Origin: Chloropicon primus
Taxonomy: Eukaryota
Direction of reading: 5' to 3'
Length of the DNA: 64,000 nucleotides
Assembly (NCBI GenBank): GCA_023205875.1
Contig: CP060765.1
Span: 62,001-126,000, forward strand
The first letter of the stretch is position 1; the number at the start of each line of letters is the position of its first letter. Position numbers and translations under genes: made by a program. This document shows, piece by piece, positions 10,756 to 21,465 of the stretch. The notes under the pieces were generated by a model, which did no database searches, was not told the DNA's origin, and worked only from the letters and a program-made list of their open reading frames with translations.

Positions 10756-12987
10756 TCAATTCTCCGGATACTGGCTCCTCAGCAAATCGTTAGGAACGTA
10801 TCGCTGGCCCTGCGCGTTCTCTGACGCGAACCGCAAGTAATCAAAATAACGCCCGACGTCGGGGTGCTTGATCTGTTGAATCTCGCTGTCCAGCGTAATG
10901 TTCTCCTGGGCGACGTAGGTGCTCTGCAAGTTCCTGTCCATGCAATCCACAAGAACCTTGTAAAAAGGCTGGTTTCTGCCTCCAGGCAAGTCGTCCACGC
11001 CCATTTGCTTGATCCATTCCTCGCCCGCCGCGCAAGTGAAGTCCCAGCCGTAAATGACGCCCCTGTAATTGTATCTCGTATGACGCATCGTCATGCCGAT
11101 CTTGAACCGTATGTTCTCATTCCTGGTACGCTTGCACGTGAGCTCCTTCAGGTGCAGCATTTTTGCCTCTTTAATCTCGAGCGCAACTTTCTGCGAGTGA
11201 AACCCTGCGCCGAAAGAGCGACCGAGTCGGTTCAGACTCTCGATGGCCTCGTCATAGTTGTCGAGCACAGCCTGCACCTTTGCGTAGCTCATCAGCATTT
11301 CCGGATGGTTCGGGTGAAGCGCCAGCGCAAGCCTCAAGATAGGCGCGAGTTTCTTGTAGGTCCTCTTTCTCGAGTAGATGTCAACAAGATTGATGCACAG
11401 CCTCAGGTTCAATGCCTTGGGAGCAGCGCTTGCTGTCCAATCCATATTTAGGTTCAGCCTGCCATAGGAGTGAATCATCGACACAAGCTGGTCCTTGGAC
11501 CTTATTTCGCCTCCGAAGAAGACGTCCACAAACGCGTCCTGGCCAACGGCGGCCACAAAATGCATTGGGGCGTTCACTAACCTCACGGGGATGCCACACC
11601 GCCGGCCAACGGCAGCGTAGATGACCGCCAAGTTGATTGGGTTGCCACAACACTCAATCATAACAAGGTTACCCATGTCAATCAAAGGGGTGCCCTCCTC
11701 GGACACGGTAGGAAACACGTTGTCATCGCCGTACCCCAAGACGTGATCTATCAAGCTGTTGTGCGGGTCGTAGTAGCTCTCTTCGTTGCCGCGCAACCCA
11801 AGGCCGTGGAACCCCGCGCAGAAGTCTCTTGCATCTTCGCGGACTCTGCTGCTCAGAACCTCTGGATCAGTGGACGGCGGAGAAGCGCGAAACTTCTTCA
11901 AGAGATCCGGGACTTCGCAACTCGTTAACCCGTTGGTCTCGTTGAAGCACACCGAGTTCAAGCAAGCAATTTGCTCGATATCCGAGAGGTCCGACCTCCT
12001 TTGGCAGACGCGGGACTTCCTTGTCTCCACCGGAGGGTCGCAGTGCTCCCCCCTCTTGGCAGCGGACATGATTTTCAGCCTCCTGTCGAGCTCCAAAGCC
12101 AGCACGTCCAGGACGCCAGAAATCGCTTCCTTCCTGAGATCCAGGTTGCTTATCGACGCTATCTGGACGGCGCCCTCCTCGATGTACACTTCCTCTCTGG
12201 TCTGGCACAGCCTTTGCCACAGTGCATCTTCATCTTCGGCACTCCCTTGCCCCTCCGCAACCGAGGATGAGGTCGTGCCCCCGTCTTCCTTCCCCCCGCA
12301 AGACGCTCTCGCCATCGCCCCCAAGGCTTGCTCCACCCTTATCCTCCCGAGCATTTGGTCCGACCAGTACTTTAACCCAATGTGGTGGCACTGCTTGTTG
12401 TGATACTCCATCAGATCCCCCTCCGCCACGCCCAGGAGTGCCCGAACGTTCCGCCGCACCCTGCGCACCGCCCGCTCCGCCGCCTCCCCCCCTCGGAAGA
12501 CTTCCTGCAGGACTTTGTCCTTCCTGTTCGGCCATGCCATGTCACTCGCCCGCCCCCTGATGCGCCTCAGCCAAAGCAGGTTGGACCGAACCGCCAACCT
12601 CCACTCCGCCTCCGTCCCGAAGCACTCGGTGATCTCGTGACGCCGGCCGTAAGCGCAGAGATGCTGGAGGGTGAAGGCCCTTCCCCAGACGAACCTCTCG
12701 GCGTTCGCGCGCCTTCCCTGGTTCCCATCCCGTGCGGCGTCCCCGACGTGGCTCGTGCCATCCAAAGCATCCCTCCAGGACGAGCACGAGCAAGCGCACG
12801 ATGCGAGTACCCTCCCAACGTCGATCCACACGGGCTCCTCCCTCTCGGCCTCCCTCTCGGCCTCCATGTCCAAGTACCGAGGGTTCATTCGCGACCTCAG
12901 AGGATGCGGCGTGTGCTGGACCACCACAAACTCGAAGATCTTCACCAAAGCATCACGAGGAAGCTCCGCAGCTGTCGTCGTCGCCAT
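10756..12987 (-). CDS. FBXO21-like protein: F-box-like N-terminus, SirB1/transglutaminase-like core, TPR, C-terminal YccV/HspQ-like domain
   Basis: ELPRDALVKIFEF (F-box-like), GNPINLAVIYAAVGRRCGIPVRLVNAPMHF and FKIGMTMRHTRYNYRGVIYGWD...QPFYKVLVD...YVAQENI. Start placed at the MATTT Met. Confidence 0.8.
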   Translation of the reverse strand: MATTTAAELPRDALVKIFEFVVVQHTPHPLRSRMNPRYLDMEAEREAEREEPVWIDVGRVLASCACSCSSWRDALDGTSHVGDAARDGNQGRRANAERFVWGRAFTLQHLCAYGRRHEITECFGTEAEWRLAVRSNLLWLRRIRGRASDMAWPNRKDKVLQEVFRGGEAAERAVRRVRRNVRALLGVAEGDLMEYHNKQCHHIGLKYWSDQMLGRIRVEQALGAMARASCGGKEDGGTTSSSVAEGQGSAEDEDALWQRLCQTREEVYIEEGAVQIASISNLDLRKEAISGVLDVLALELDRRLKIMSAAKRGEHCDPPVETRKSRVCQRRSDLSDIEQIACLNSVCFNETNGLTSCEVPDLLKKFRASPPSTDPEVLSSRVREDARDFCAGFHGLGLRGNEESYYDPHNSLIDHVLGYGDDNVFPTVSEEGTPLIDMGNLVMIECCGNPINLAVIYAAVGRRCGIPVRLVNAPMHFVAAVGQDAFVDVFFGGEIRSKDQLVSMIHSYGRLNLNMDWTASAAPKALNLRLCINLVDIYSRKRTYKKLAPILRLALALHPNHPEMLMSYAKVQAVLDNYDEAIESLNRLGRSFGAGFHSQKVALEIKEAKMLHLKELTCKRTRNENIRFKIGMTMRHTRYNYRGVIYGWDFTCAAGEEWIKQMGVDDLPGGRNQPFYKVLVDCMDRNLQSTYVAQENITLDSEIQQIKHPDVGRYFDYLRFASENAQGQRYVPNDLLRSQYPEN

Positions 12988-13399
12988 CTTCACCCAACAA
13001 AACGAACGAGGGATCTTTGGAGAGCTCGGGAGACGACGCGTGCGATGGATGATGATGATGCTGGACAGGGATGCGACCAATGCGACCACAATCCAAGCAA
13101 GCAAGCAAGCAAGGAAGCCGATCGATCCATCGATTGCGATGTTGTCCACCTCGTCATCCCCGGAAAAGATCCGAGTCCACACTGACATGAAAAAAAATCA
13201 AATCGAAAGATCCGATCTCCACGTGTGGGACCACTTTGTTCTCTATGAAGTTCGGTCCCACGTGGTTTCCCTGGACCTCGTGTGACGTGATAGAATAAAA
13301 CCCAATGTCGGACATAACGTCGGCCCTTTTTGTCCCCGTTTATGGGTTTGCGTGTGACGCGTTAGTGTTAGTTTGGCGCTTCGACTTCGATGGTGAGGG

Positions 13400-13430
<31 letters not shown>

Positions 13431-13432
<2 letters not shown>

Positions 13433-14236
13433 GCAACTGACGAAAGAGGCTTTGGATGAGTTGGGGCACTGCACCATCCGTGACGCTGCGAACTATCTCG
13501 GTGTCTCCACTCAAGCCGTCAAGCAACTCAAGGAGGCCAACTTCGAGAGGACAACGTTTGTACAACTTGGGGTAAGACAGAGGTTATGGATAAGATTAAG
13601 GTGCCTTGGATTGAGGCTGACAATGCGTTTCATTTTCGTTTTGTTTGGTTTGGTTTGGTTTGGCCCTCGGGGTGTGTTGTTGTTGTGCAGGACAAGCGGG
13701 GCTTCAGGGACGTGTGCGAGTCCCTCAATGTGGAGGAGGAGACCGAAGACTTGAAGAGGATGAGGGACATGTACATCCGTGTGAGAGATGCTGTGGAGCG
13801 GTACGGAAAAAATATCACCGGGAATGCGGATGATGCGGATGCGAGCTTCTTTGTGACGCCGGGGCCGGGGGAGGGTGCCTCCAGGTTCAACACGGGGAGT
13901 GTTCTGACCCAGAAGGTCTGCACGGGGATGGGCGACCTGATCAATACGGTCTCAGGAGGAGTACCAAGCGGTGAAGTGAACAAGGTTGGTGATGGGGACG
14001 AGGCAGGGGTCGGTGAGGACGCGGAGATCAGCGTGAATGACCGGGAGAAGCGGCTCGTCCAGAACTGCATCGAGGTAGAAGCCATGATGGTGGACGCGTT
14101 CAAGTTCTTGAAGAATCTCAAGCAGTTCCAAGCCCTGTGGATGAAGCACTATCAGCAACCAGACTCCAGAGAGGCAGCCAAGAAGGAGTCGCCGAAGTGG
14201 AAGAAGAGGATATTTTCGTCGGGGCAGGACCAGTGA
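13431..14236 (+). CDS. Protein with an N-terminal RWP-RK-like helix-turn-helix; exons 13431-13571, 13691-14236
   Basis: LTKEALDELGHCTIRDAANYLGVSTQAVKQL resembles the RWP-RK HTH. GTAAGA...TGCAG phase-0 intron. Confidence 0.65.
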
Positions 14237-14964
14237 CGGTGACGCTCGGGGACTAGACTGTCGAACAGACAAGGGGATCGATCGCTTAAATGCACATCGT
14301 TGAAGAAATAGGATAGAATAGAATTTTAGGTTCTTTGGTTGAGCTCAGACACGCTCCCTATCCATTATTCGATCCCCCTCCTCGTCCCTTCCCCCATCAA
14401 GGGAGGACACTTGCTTTGGACAGCGAAAGGGAAGGAGAAAGGCGACAGGACAACGCCACCTGGCAGCTGCACCACCAGCATCAAAATCCTCCTCCCCTTT
14501 TCTCTCCCTTTCCATCGCGGTCCCCCGCCACCATTCTCGCCAATTGAGGACATTTTGGAAAGATCGAGAGACGATGCATGCACGAGTCCCCTCCTCCCTC
14601 TTCCCCCCTCTCCCCCCTCACCATCATCACCGCCATCCTCCCCTCTCCGTCTCCCTCTCCTCCTTGAGGGCAAGTAAAATATCTCTTCCCCTCAAAAGCA
14701 AAAGGCAAAAAGGGAGAGGGAGAGACGAAGGAAGAGAGAGAGAGAGGGAAAGGCAGAGCAAGGGCGGGAGGAGACGTTGACAGAGGAAGGAGAGAGTCGT
14801 GGAATCGAAAGGAACATCTTATCCTCTTTCGAATAAGCCGTCGCACGAAAGAAACGACGCAGTGGGGGAGGATTTGAAGCGAGGAAGGGACGGACTCATT
14901 CACTCGACAGAGAGGGAGAGAGAGAGAGAGAGAGAGACTGAGGCGAGACGAGAAGCGGGAGACA

Positions 14965-16860
14965 ATGGAGAAGGACAGGGCGAAGAGGCGTATCGCGGAG
15001 GTGAGGAAGATGCTTGGCGCGGACCAGGAGCAAGCGTTGAGCCAAGCCCTTGCGGTCGCCCTCACGCCGGACAACAGGGAACATCGGGAGAAGATTAAAA
15101 GGTATCTTGAGTCCTCGAGCTTGTTCTCTCCGAGGTATAACATCCCGCTGGCGTCAGAGAGGGAGCTCGCGCTTCATAGGCTGAGAGCCATCCAGAACGG
15201 CGTCGGCGCCCTCTCCGTGAAGGACTTTAGGAACGACCCGATGAGGATCTTCGCAGCGCACGAGGAGACTGGACTGTGCGACGGAAGCCTCGCGACGAAG
15301 ATGACCGTCCAGTTCAACCTCTTCGGCGGAACGGTGCTGAGGCTTGGGACGGAGAAGCACTTTGGCGGCAAAGAGGAATCCTTCCTCAAGTCGATTGATG
15401 ACATCGACTCGGTGGGCTGCTTCGCGCTGACGGAGTTAGGGTTCGGCAACAACGCGGTGCAGATGCAGACCACAGCTGTGCTGGACGAGAGGACGGACGA
15501 GTGGGTGATCAACACGCCGACTACCGTGGCAAAGAAGTACTGGATCACGAACGGCGCGTGCCACTCCCAGTGGGCGGTCGTGTTCGCCAGGATGCTCGTG
15601 AGAGGCGAGGACCACGGCGTCCACGCGTTCTTGTGCAGGATCAGGCAGGACAAGGGCCTGGTCCCCTTGCCAGAGGTGACGATTGAGGACATGGGGCACA
15701 AGATGGGATGCAATGGAGTGGACAACGGGATCCTTACATTTAATGGCCTGCGCGTGCCGCGCGAGGCTCTCCTTGACGCGTTCACCCAGGTCGACGCGAG
15801 GGGAAACGTCGTGAGCAGCATCAAGAAGCCTCGCGACCGCTTCCTCAAGGTCGCTGATCAGCTTCTCAGCGGAAGGGTGTGCATTGCGAGCATGTCTCTG
15901 ACTGCAACGAAGTGCGCCTTGCTGATCGCGATCAGGTACTCCCTGACCCGATTGGCGGTTGGAAAGACTGGACAGAGCGACACCCCAATCTTTGATTACC
16001 AGCTTCAGCAGAAGGCCCTGCTTCCCCTTTTGGCAAGGACTTACTGCCTGGGATTTGCTCACAACCACGTGAAGGAGAAGCTTGCCCTACAAATGACTGG
16101 AAAGTCGATGAGCAGTGACATCGTGAAGCTTTGCTGCGTGATCAAACCTCTCATCAGCTGGAACTGCGAGAATACGGCTACCATATGCAGAGAGAGATGC
16201 GGTGGCCAGGGGTACTTGTCGTGCAACAGGCTCGGCCAGATCATCGGGTTCTCGCACGCCGCAATCACTGCCGAGGGTGACAACCGGGTGCTCATGCAAA
16301 AGGTTGCAAAGGAGCTGCTTGCGGAGGGCCCTGCGTCGGAAATCGATTACGACGGCGGCTCGTCCGGGTCTTTCTCCATGAAGAACTTGGAAGACCTCCT
16401 CAATCTGAGGTACGCGAGGCAGCACAACGCCCTCATCGGCAAGCTCGCGGTCTTGAAGCCCTCCGAGGTGTACGACGTTTGGATGAAGAAGGAGTCGGAC
16501 CTCGTCCAGGCAACCGCGGAGTCTTACGGAGAGTACTTTGTCATGCACCAGGCCATCGAGTCCCTGGAGGCACTCAGCATTTTTGCGGCCAAGGACGTGG
16601 TCTCAGAGCTCGCCAGTCTCTACGCCCTGCAGTGCGTCGAAGCCAACCTTGCTTGGTACATGTGTGAAGGCATATTGGACTCCAGAGCAGCAGAACAGAT
16701 CAAGAGGGACACCGATAGGTGCATCATGAACCTCGTCCCCCACGTTCCTGCCCTTCTCAATGCCTTTGAGATCCCCGAGTCCCTGATCAAGACGCCGATC
16801 GCAGAGAACTGGGTGGAGTTCAACGAGCACGAGAACAACGGGGAGGTTCTGAGAATGTAA
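14965..16860 (+). CDS. ACX: Acyl-CoA oxidase
   Basis: [43 protein letters not shown] and TAEGDNRVL motifs. Confidence 0.93.
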   Translation: MEKDRAKRRIAEVRKMLGADQEQALSQALAVALTPDNREHREKIKRYLESSSLFSPRYNIPLASERELALHRLRAIQNGVGALSVKDFRNDPMRIFAAHEETGLCDGSLATKMTVQFNLFGGTVLRLGTEKHFGGKEESFLKSIDDIDSVGCFALTELGFGNNAVQMQTTAVLDERTDEWVINTPTTVAKKYWITNGACHSQWAVVFARMLVRGEDHGVHAFLCRIRQDKGLVPLPEVTIEDMGHKMGCNGVDNGILTFNGLRVPREALLDAFTQVDARGNVVSSIKKPRDRFLKVADQLLSGRVCIASMSLTATKCALLIAIRYSLTRLAVGKTGQSDTPIFDYQLQQKALLPLLARTYCLGFAHNHVKEKLALQMTGKSMSSDIVKLCCVIKPLISWNCENTATICRERCGGQGYLSCNRLGQIIGFSHAAITAEGDNRVLMQKVAKELLAEGPASEIDYDGGSSGSFSMKNLEDLLNLRYARQHNALIGKLAVLKPSEVYDVWMKKESDLVQATAESYGEYFVMHQAIESLEALSIFAAKDVVSELASLYALQCVEANLAWYMCEGILDSRAAEQIKRDTDRCIMNLVPHVPALLNAFEIPESLIKTPIAENWVEFNEHENNGEVLRM

Positions 16861-16905
16861 ATTAACGTGAGTGTTGAGTGGTGGGGAAAATTTTGTTTCA
16901 TGCTT

Positions 16906-19701
16906 TTACTTTCTTTTATTTGCCATCCTTTGAATCCGAATGGACTTTTCCAGCGCCCTCCTCCATTGCTGCTTCTGCTTGTTCATCGCAGATCCTCCTA
17001 ATTTATTCCACCTGGCCTTCTTCAGGAGATTCGCCAAGAACGACATGACCACATCGGCCTGATGATCGATTCGAAGCTGCCTTTCTTCGGGCGCCTGATC
17101 GTCTTCCTCTGTTATCAGAACCTTCAAGGTGGACCCATGCTTGGCATAAGCGAGCCTGCAAATTCCTTCCAGGAAGCCAGTGAACGTTATCCTCGTATGG
17201 GTGTCATCCTTGGAGACGATTCTCCGAAAGATGATGTCCACGTCGTCTAGGTGGCTCCTGTCATTGTCTTCCGGGGCGCCGCCCTCTGTGTCAAAGTAGC
17301 CTATATCAGTGGCAAACTTGAGCAGTTGCATCTGATTCATCAAGAGGTTGTGGCCCTCCCTGTTCACCTCTCCCAGCTGTGCGTAATAATTGTAAATATC
17401 CTGAAGAGACTCCACATTGTTGCATAGCACGTCGCAGATCTTGTGCCTGATCCTGTTGACGTCCTGGTTTTCCTTCTCGTCGCCGTAGCCAGGCTCATAG
17501 TCCACCATCAAGTCGTGGGTGTTCAAGTTGTTCACAACCTGTTCCGCTCTGGATGCGAGGGTAATAGGGTCTTCCGGAGCAATAATCCTTCGCTTGGTTT
17601 TGCCCCCCTTGGTGTAGGTCGAGACCTTGATGTCCAGCTCCTTGTTCTTAGCTTCCGTGTCCAGGAGCTTCTTTCTCAGAGCGACAAGCTGAGTTCTGAC
17701 AGCAGCGACAGTTTCCTGCTCCTCCGCAAGTCTTGCTTCAAGCTGCTTCTTTTCGGCATCCGCGACGGATTCCTTGGATTTGAGCTTCACAGTCTCCGCC
17801 TCCAGACCCCTGCACTTATCCTTCAGCTCGTCCCTGATATCCTCCAACTTTGTCACCCTCTCCTTCATCTCATTCTGCCTCTGATCCTCGATCCTTGACA
17901 TTTCGTAGTTCTCCTTCTCGAGGGCCGCAGACTTCTTCTTGTAAATGTCGCACTCCACGCTGAGCTTCTTCCGTTCCTTCTTCAAGTTTTCATTCTCCTC
18001 CTTGAGCTTGATGATCTCGTTGGTCGAGGATATCTGGTCGGCTTTCCTTCTCTCCAGCTCCCTCTTCAGCGCGGATTCCGTTTGCTCCAGCATGTCGTTC
18101 TGCTGCTGGATTTTCTCTTTCAGGATCTCGATGTCCTGAGACAAGGCTTCCACCAGACTGGACTCGAAAGAGCTCAGCGCTTCGTTGCTGCGGGCTGATT
18201 TGGCCCTGGACTGCAAGCCTCTGGACTGCAACCCCCTCGCAGAGGTTGGCCTGGAATGTATCTTGAGAACCTGCGCCTCCGAGGACGAGAACTTTGCGCT
18301 CTTTCTCATCGGGGATGCGCTCCTTGGGCGATTGCTCAGCCTTGAAGCGGACTCCCTTGCCGCCGTGTTAAACCTCGATTGAGAGGCCGAGCCCCTTGAC
18401 ATCCTCGATGTGGGCAAGCCATCAAGCATCACGAGCCATGGCCTCCCTTCGAGGCCTCGGACAAGCTCAAAAACTCCGGATCCGATGTGGAGCCTGTGGT
18501 TCCTCTCTATGAAATTGACCATAGAAGTCACTGCCTTGCGAACCTCAGACTTGAAACTCAAGTCCCTTGGGTGCTCCGGAACGCTCTCCGATGAGTTGTC
18601 CTTGAAAAACTTCTTCTTCTCGTCCCTCGTCTTTGTCGGAGAAACCTCCTTCGGTGGCTTCACGCCACCCTCCCCCTCGACGTTCAGGTTGGTGGGCTTG
18701 GGCAAAACGTCGGCGGTCATCAGCTGGTTTTTCACCGTTTGGGTCGCCCCCTGCACGGCCTGGCTTACGGAGACGTCCAAGTTGTTGGTATACCGCTCGC
18801 TGAACCTCCGGGCCAGGATGCTGAACCCAACCTTTCCGGAGGCTTTGTCGCTGCTGTACCTGCACACGTAGCGCCTGTCCAAGGACGGAGGAAAGTACTG
18901 CTGAAGCATAAACGCCCTGCTATAAAAGTCCTTGAACTGGCCTTCGATAATCTCCTCCGCGTTCTGCGCTTCCTCCTCCTCTACATCCGCGTCGGCCTGG
19001 CCAAGAGTCTCGTCCACCGCGGCAGCAGGAGTCGCGTCCTCCACAGCCTTGGCCTGGTCTCCCCCCTCGACCTCAGCGGATTCCTCCGCTGCAGCGGCCG
19101 GCTCTGCCGCGTCTCCAGCCTCCTCGGGCTCCTCCTTCGCTGCAGCTGCAGCATCCGACCCCTCCTCGTTCTCTGGGGGAGGCTGCTTCTCCTCCGGTGG
19201 AGCCTTGGCACTGCCAAGTGGGCTCGCCTCGCGACTCTGGCTCTTCTGTTTCTGCTTCTGCTTCTTCTCCTTGGTCTTCTCCGCCTCGGTCTTCTCCATC
19301 CTCTCCTTCTTCCTCACGATGTTCAAGATGTCGCTCCTTCGAAGCAGGACGCGCCTCTGGTCCGCAAAGTAGGCCACAGCAACGTACAAGTTGGGGTTGA
19401 CTCGAGTATCCTCAAACATGTTGGCACAAAACTCAGTCACGGCTTCCTTCAAGGTAGAGCGCTGCACGCTCTTGCTCGAGATGTATCCCCCCTCAGTCGT
19501 GCAGTACCACGACAAAATCTTTTGCTCCGAGTCCACCAATATCGTATCCGGCAGGTTCACCCTCATCTTCAGTCCACTGCTGGGCAACAGTTTGTCAAAC
19601 ATCTTGGACCACTTGTATATCTGTTCCCCATCGCTTATGATGTTCGCAGTGTTGACCCTCGAAGACGAAGTGGTGGGTCTTCCACCTCCACGGGAAGCCA
19701 T
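16906..19701 (-). CDS. Large coiled-coil protein of unknown function with a C-terminal EF-hand/p25-alpha(TPPP)-like segment
   Basis: Open frame of ~930 codons with typical codon usage, central heptad region, and DDVDIIFRRIV...RITFTGFLEGICRLA near the C-terminus. Confidence 0.75.
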   Translation of the reverse strand: MASRGGGRPTTSSSRVNTANIISDGEQIYKWSKMFDKLLPSSGLKMRVNLPDTILVDSEQKILSWYCTTEGGYISSKSVQRSTLKEAVTEFCANMFEDTRVNPNLYVAVAYFADQRRVLLRRSDILNIVRKKERMEKTEAEKTKEKKQKQKQKSQSREASPLGSAKAPPEEKQPPPENEEGSDAAAAAKEEPEEAGDAAEPAAAAEESAEVEGGDQAKAVEDATPAAAVDETLGQADADVEEEEAQNAEEIIEGQFKDFYSRAFMLQQYFPPSLDRRYVCRYSSDKASGKVGFSILARRFSERYTNNLDVSVSQAVQGATQTVKNQLMTADVLPKPTNLNVEGEGGVKPPKEVSPTKTRDEKKKFFKDNSSESVPEHPRDLSFKSEVRKAVTSMVNFIERNHRLHIGSGVFELVRGLEGRPWLVMLDGLPTSRMSRGSASQSRFNTAARESASRLSNRPRSASPMRKSAKFSSSEAQVLKIHSRPTSARGLQSRGLQSRAKSARSNEALSSFESSLVEALSQDIEILKEKIQQQNDMLEQTESALKRELERRKADQISSTNEIIKLKEENENLKKERKKLSVECDIYKKKSAALEKENYEMSRIEDQRQNEMKERVTKLEDIRDELKDKCRGLEAETVKLKSKESVADAEKKQLEARLAEEQETVAAVRTQLVALRKKLLDTEAKNKELDIKVSTYTKGGKTKRRIIAPEDPITLASRAEQVVNNLNTHDLMVDYEPGYGDEKENQDVNRIRHKICDVLCNNVESLQDIYNYYAQLGEVNREGHNLLMNQMQLLKFATDIGYFDTEGGAPEDNDRSHLDDVDIIFRRIVSKDDTHTRITFTGFLEGICRLAYAKHGSTLKVLITEEDDQAPEERQLRIDHQADVVMSFLANLLKKARWNKLGGSAMNKQKQQWRRALEKSIRIQRMANKRK

Positions 19702-20320
19702 CCTGACCACCACCACCACCACCACCGCCTCTGTCCAAACCCAAACCTAAACCCAAACCCAAAGCCAAAGGTCAAGGTCCTCCGCTCGACGTCGCTCTAG
19801 TTCCCCTCAGCAGTTGACCGAATTTTCGGCCACTTTAAAAATCAACGATCGGAAAAGTTGAAGCTGAAATTTCCGAGAGACCGCGCGATCAGAGCGAGAG
19901 AGAGGAGAGGAGAGCGCCAAGCGAGCGAGCGAGCAAGAGAGCAAGAGAAAGAGAGAGAGGAGGGTGCGGCGTTCTTGTTTGCTCTTCGTTTTTTTTCTTT
20001 GCCTTTCTTTTCTTTCTTTCTTTTTTTTTGAGAAACCGGCGTGGTGGTGCTCTGTCCTCACCCTCACTTCACTTTCACAAGAGAGAGGGAGAGAGAGAGA
20101 GAAGAGAAGAGGAGGAGGAGAGGAGGATCCCTTCCCTTTCGTGCTTCGGTTTGGAGTCGCGATCCATCCTTCTCAGAGGGAGTGGCGCTCGCCAGCCAGG
20201 ACCTCAGCAAGGAAGCAACCACACGACGCAGAGAGGCCGAGAGAGGCCGAGGCCGAGAGAGGAGCAAGGATAGGATAGGATAGAGGAAGACATCTTCTGT
20301 TCACTTCGGGTGTCGTTGTG

Positions 20321-21271
20321 ATGGTGGCGAAGGTTGTGACGAAGGCATCGGCGTCGGAGGGGAAGAGGAGCCTCCTTCTCCTTCCCCGCTGGAACGTGGC
20401 CCTGCCCCTGGCCCTGGTGCTCGCGTCCCAGGTCCTCGCCGTGTGCAGCGCTGCCGGAAACAAGGACGGGGGTGACGGGCACAAGGACGGCGAGTGGAAG
20501 AGCGACGCGGCGCACTTTCTTTACCAGTTCTTTGGCTGGACCGCGTTCTTCTCGTGGTCGTGCAGCTTTTATCCCCAGATATGGGAGAACTGGAGAACGT
20601 ACAGCGTGGAGGGTCTGAGTTTTGACTTCGTGTCCTTCAACTTCATCAAGCACTCCTCCTACGGAGCCTTCAACGTTGTGCTTTACTTCAGCAAGGCCGT
20701 TCAAAGCCAGTACATGCTGCACTACAAGACGAAGACGATACCTGTGGCGCTGAACGACGTGGGGTTCTCCATCCACGCCGTGCTGATGGTCATGATACAG
20801 ATCGGGCAGCTGTGCACGCACGAGAGGGGCAACCAGAGGATCACCTTCACGGCCACGATGATACTCGCGGTGGCCGTTCTTTTCATCCTCGTGAGCCTCA
20901 GCATCGCCCTCTCGGGCAAGAAGGTGTTCGGCCTGACGGATTGGCTGGGCTTTATAACAGCGATGAACCACCTTCAGCTCACGATGACTTTCATAAAGTA
21001 CTCCCCGCAGGCGTACTACAACTGGAAGCGAAAGAGCACGGACGGGTGGTCCGTCTGGGGCATCATACTGGACTTGATGGGGGGGATCTGCAACCTCTTC
21101 CAGCTCCTCCTCCTGTGCTGGAACAACAACGACGTCACTCCACTCACGGGGGACGCGGGAAAACTCGGGCTGAGCATCGAGACGCTCTTCTTCGACATTA
21201 TATTTATATTCCAGCACTACGTCCTGTACAATAAGAGATCCAAGACTTCCTACAGATACCTCGAAGAGTGA
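20321..21271 (+). CDS. Cystinosin-like PQ-loop lysosomal/vacuolar transporter
   Basis: Two PQ-loop repeats (SFYPQIWENWRTYSVEGLSFDF, KYSPQAYYNWKRKSTDGWS) and a C-terminal YRYL tyrosine-type motif. Confidence 0.9.
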   Translation: MVAKVVTKASASEGKRSLLLLPRWNVALPLALVLASQVLAVCSAAGNKDGGDGHKDGEWKSDAAHFLYQFFGWTAFFSWSCSFYPQIWENWRTYSVEGLSFDFVSFNFIKHSSYGAFNVVLYFSKAVQSQYMLHYKTKTIPVALNDVGFSIHAVLMVMIQIGQLCTHERGNQRITFTATMILAVAVLFILVSLSIALSGKKVFGLTDWLGFITAMNHLQLTMTFIKYSPQAYYNWKRKSTDGWSVWGIILDLMGGICNLFQLLLLCWNNNDVTPLTGDAGKLGLSIETLFFDIIFIFQHYVLYNKRSKTSYRYLEE

Positions 21272-21465
21272 AGCGCATGTAATACAACAGCAACGAGTTA
21301 TGATGGTGATGATGGTGACGAGAACGGCTCCGAGCGGCGAATCGTCGTTCGCGCGTGTGCGCTCGGTTTGTCTCCTCAAACCGTGTGGCGGGGAGTGACA
21401 GAAACAAAAGAACAACATTTCTATTCAGACATACATTAGTACAGGATTAAAACACACAAGAGAGT

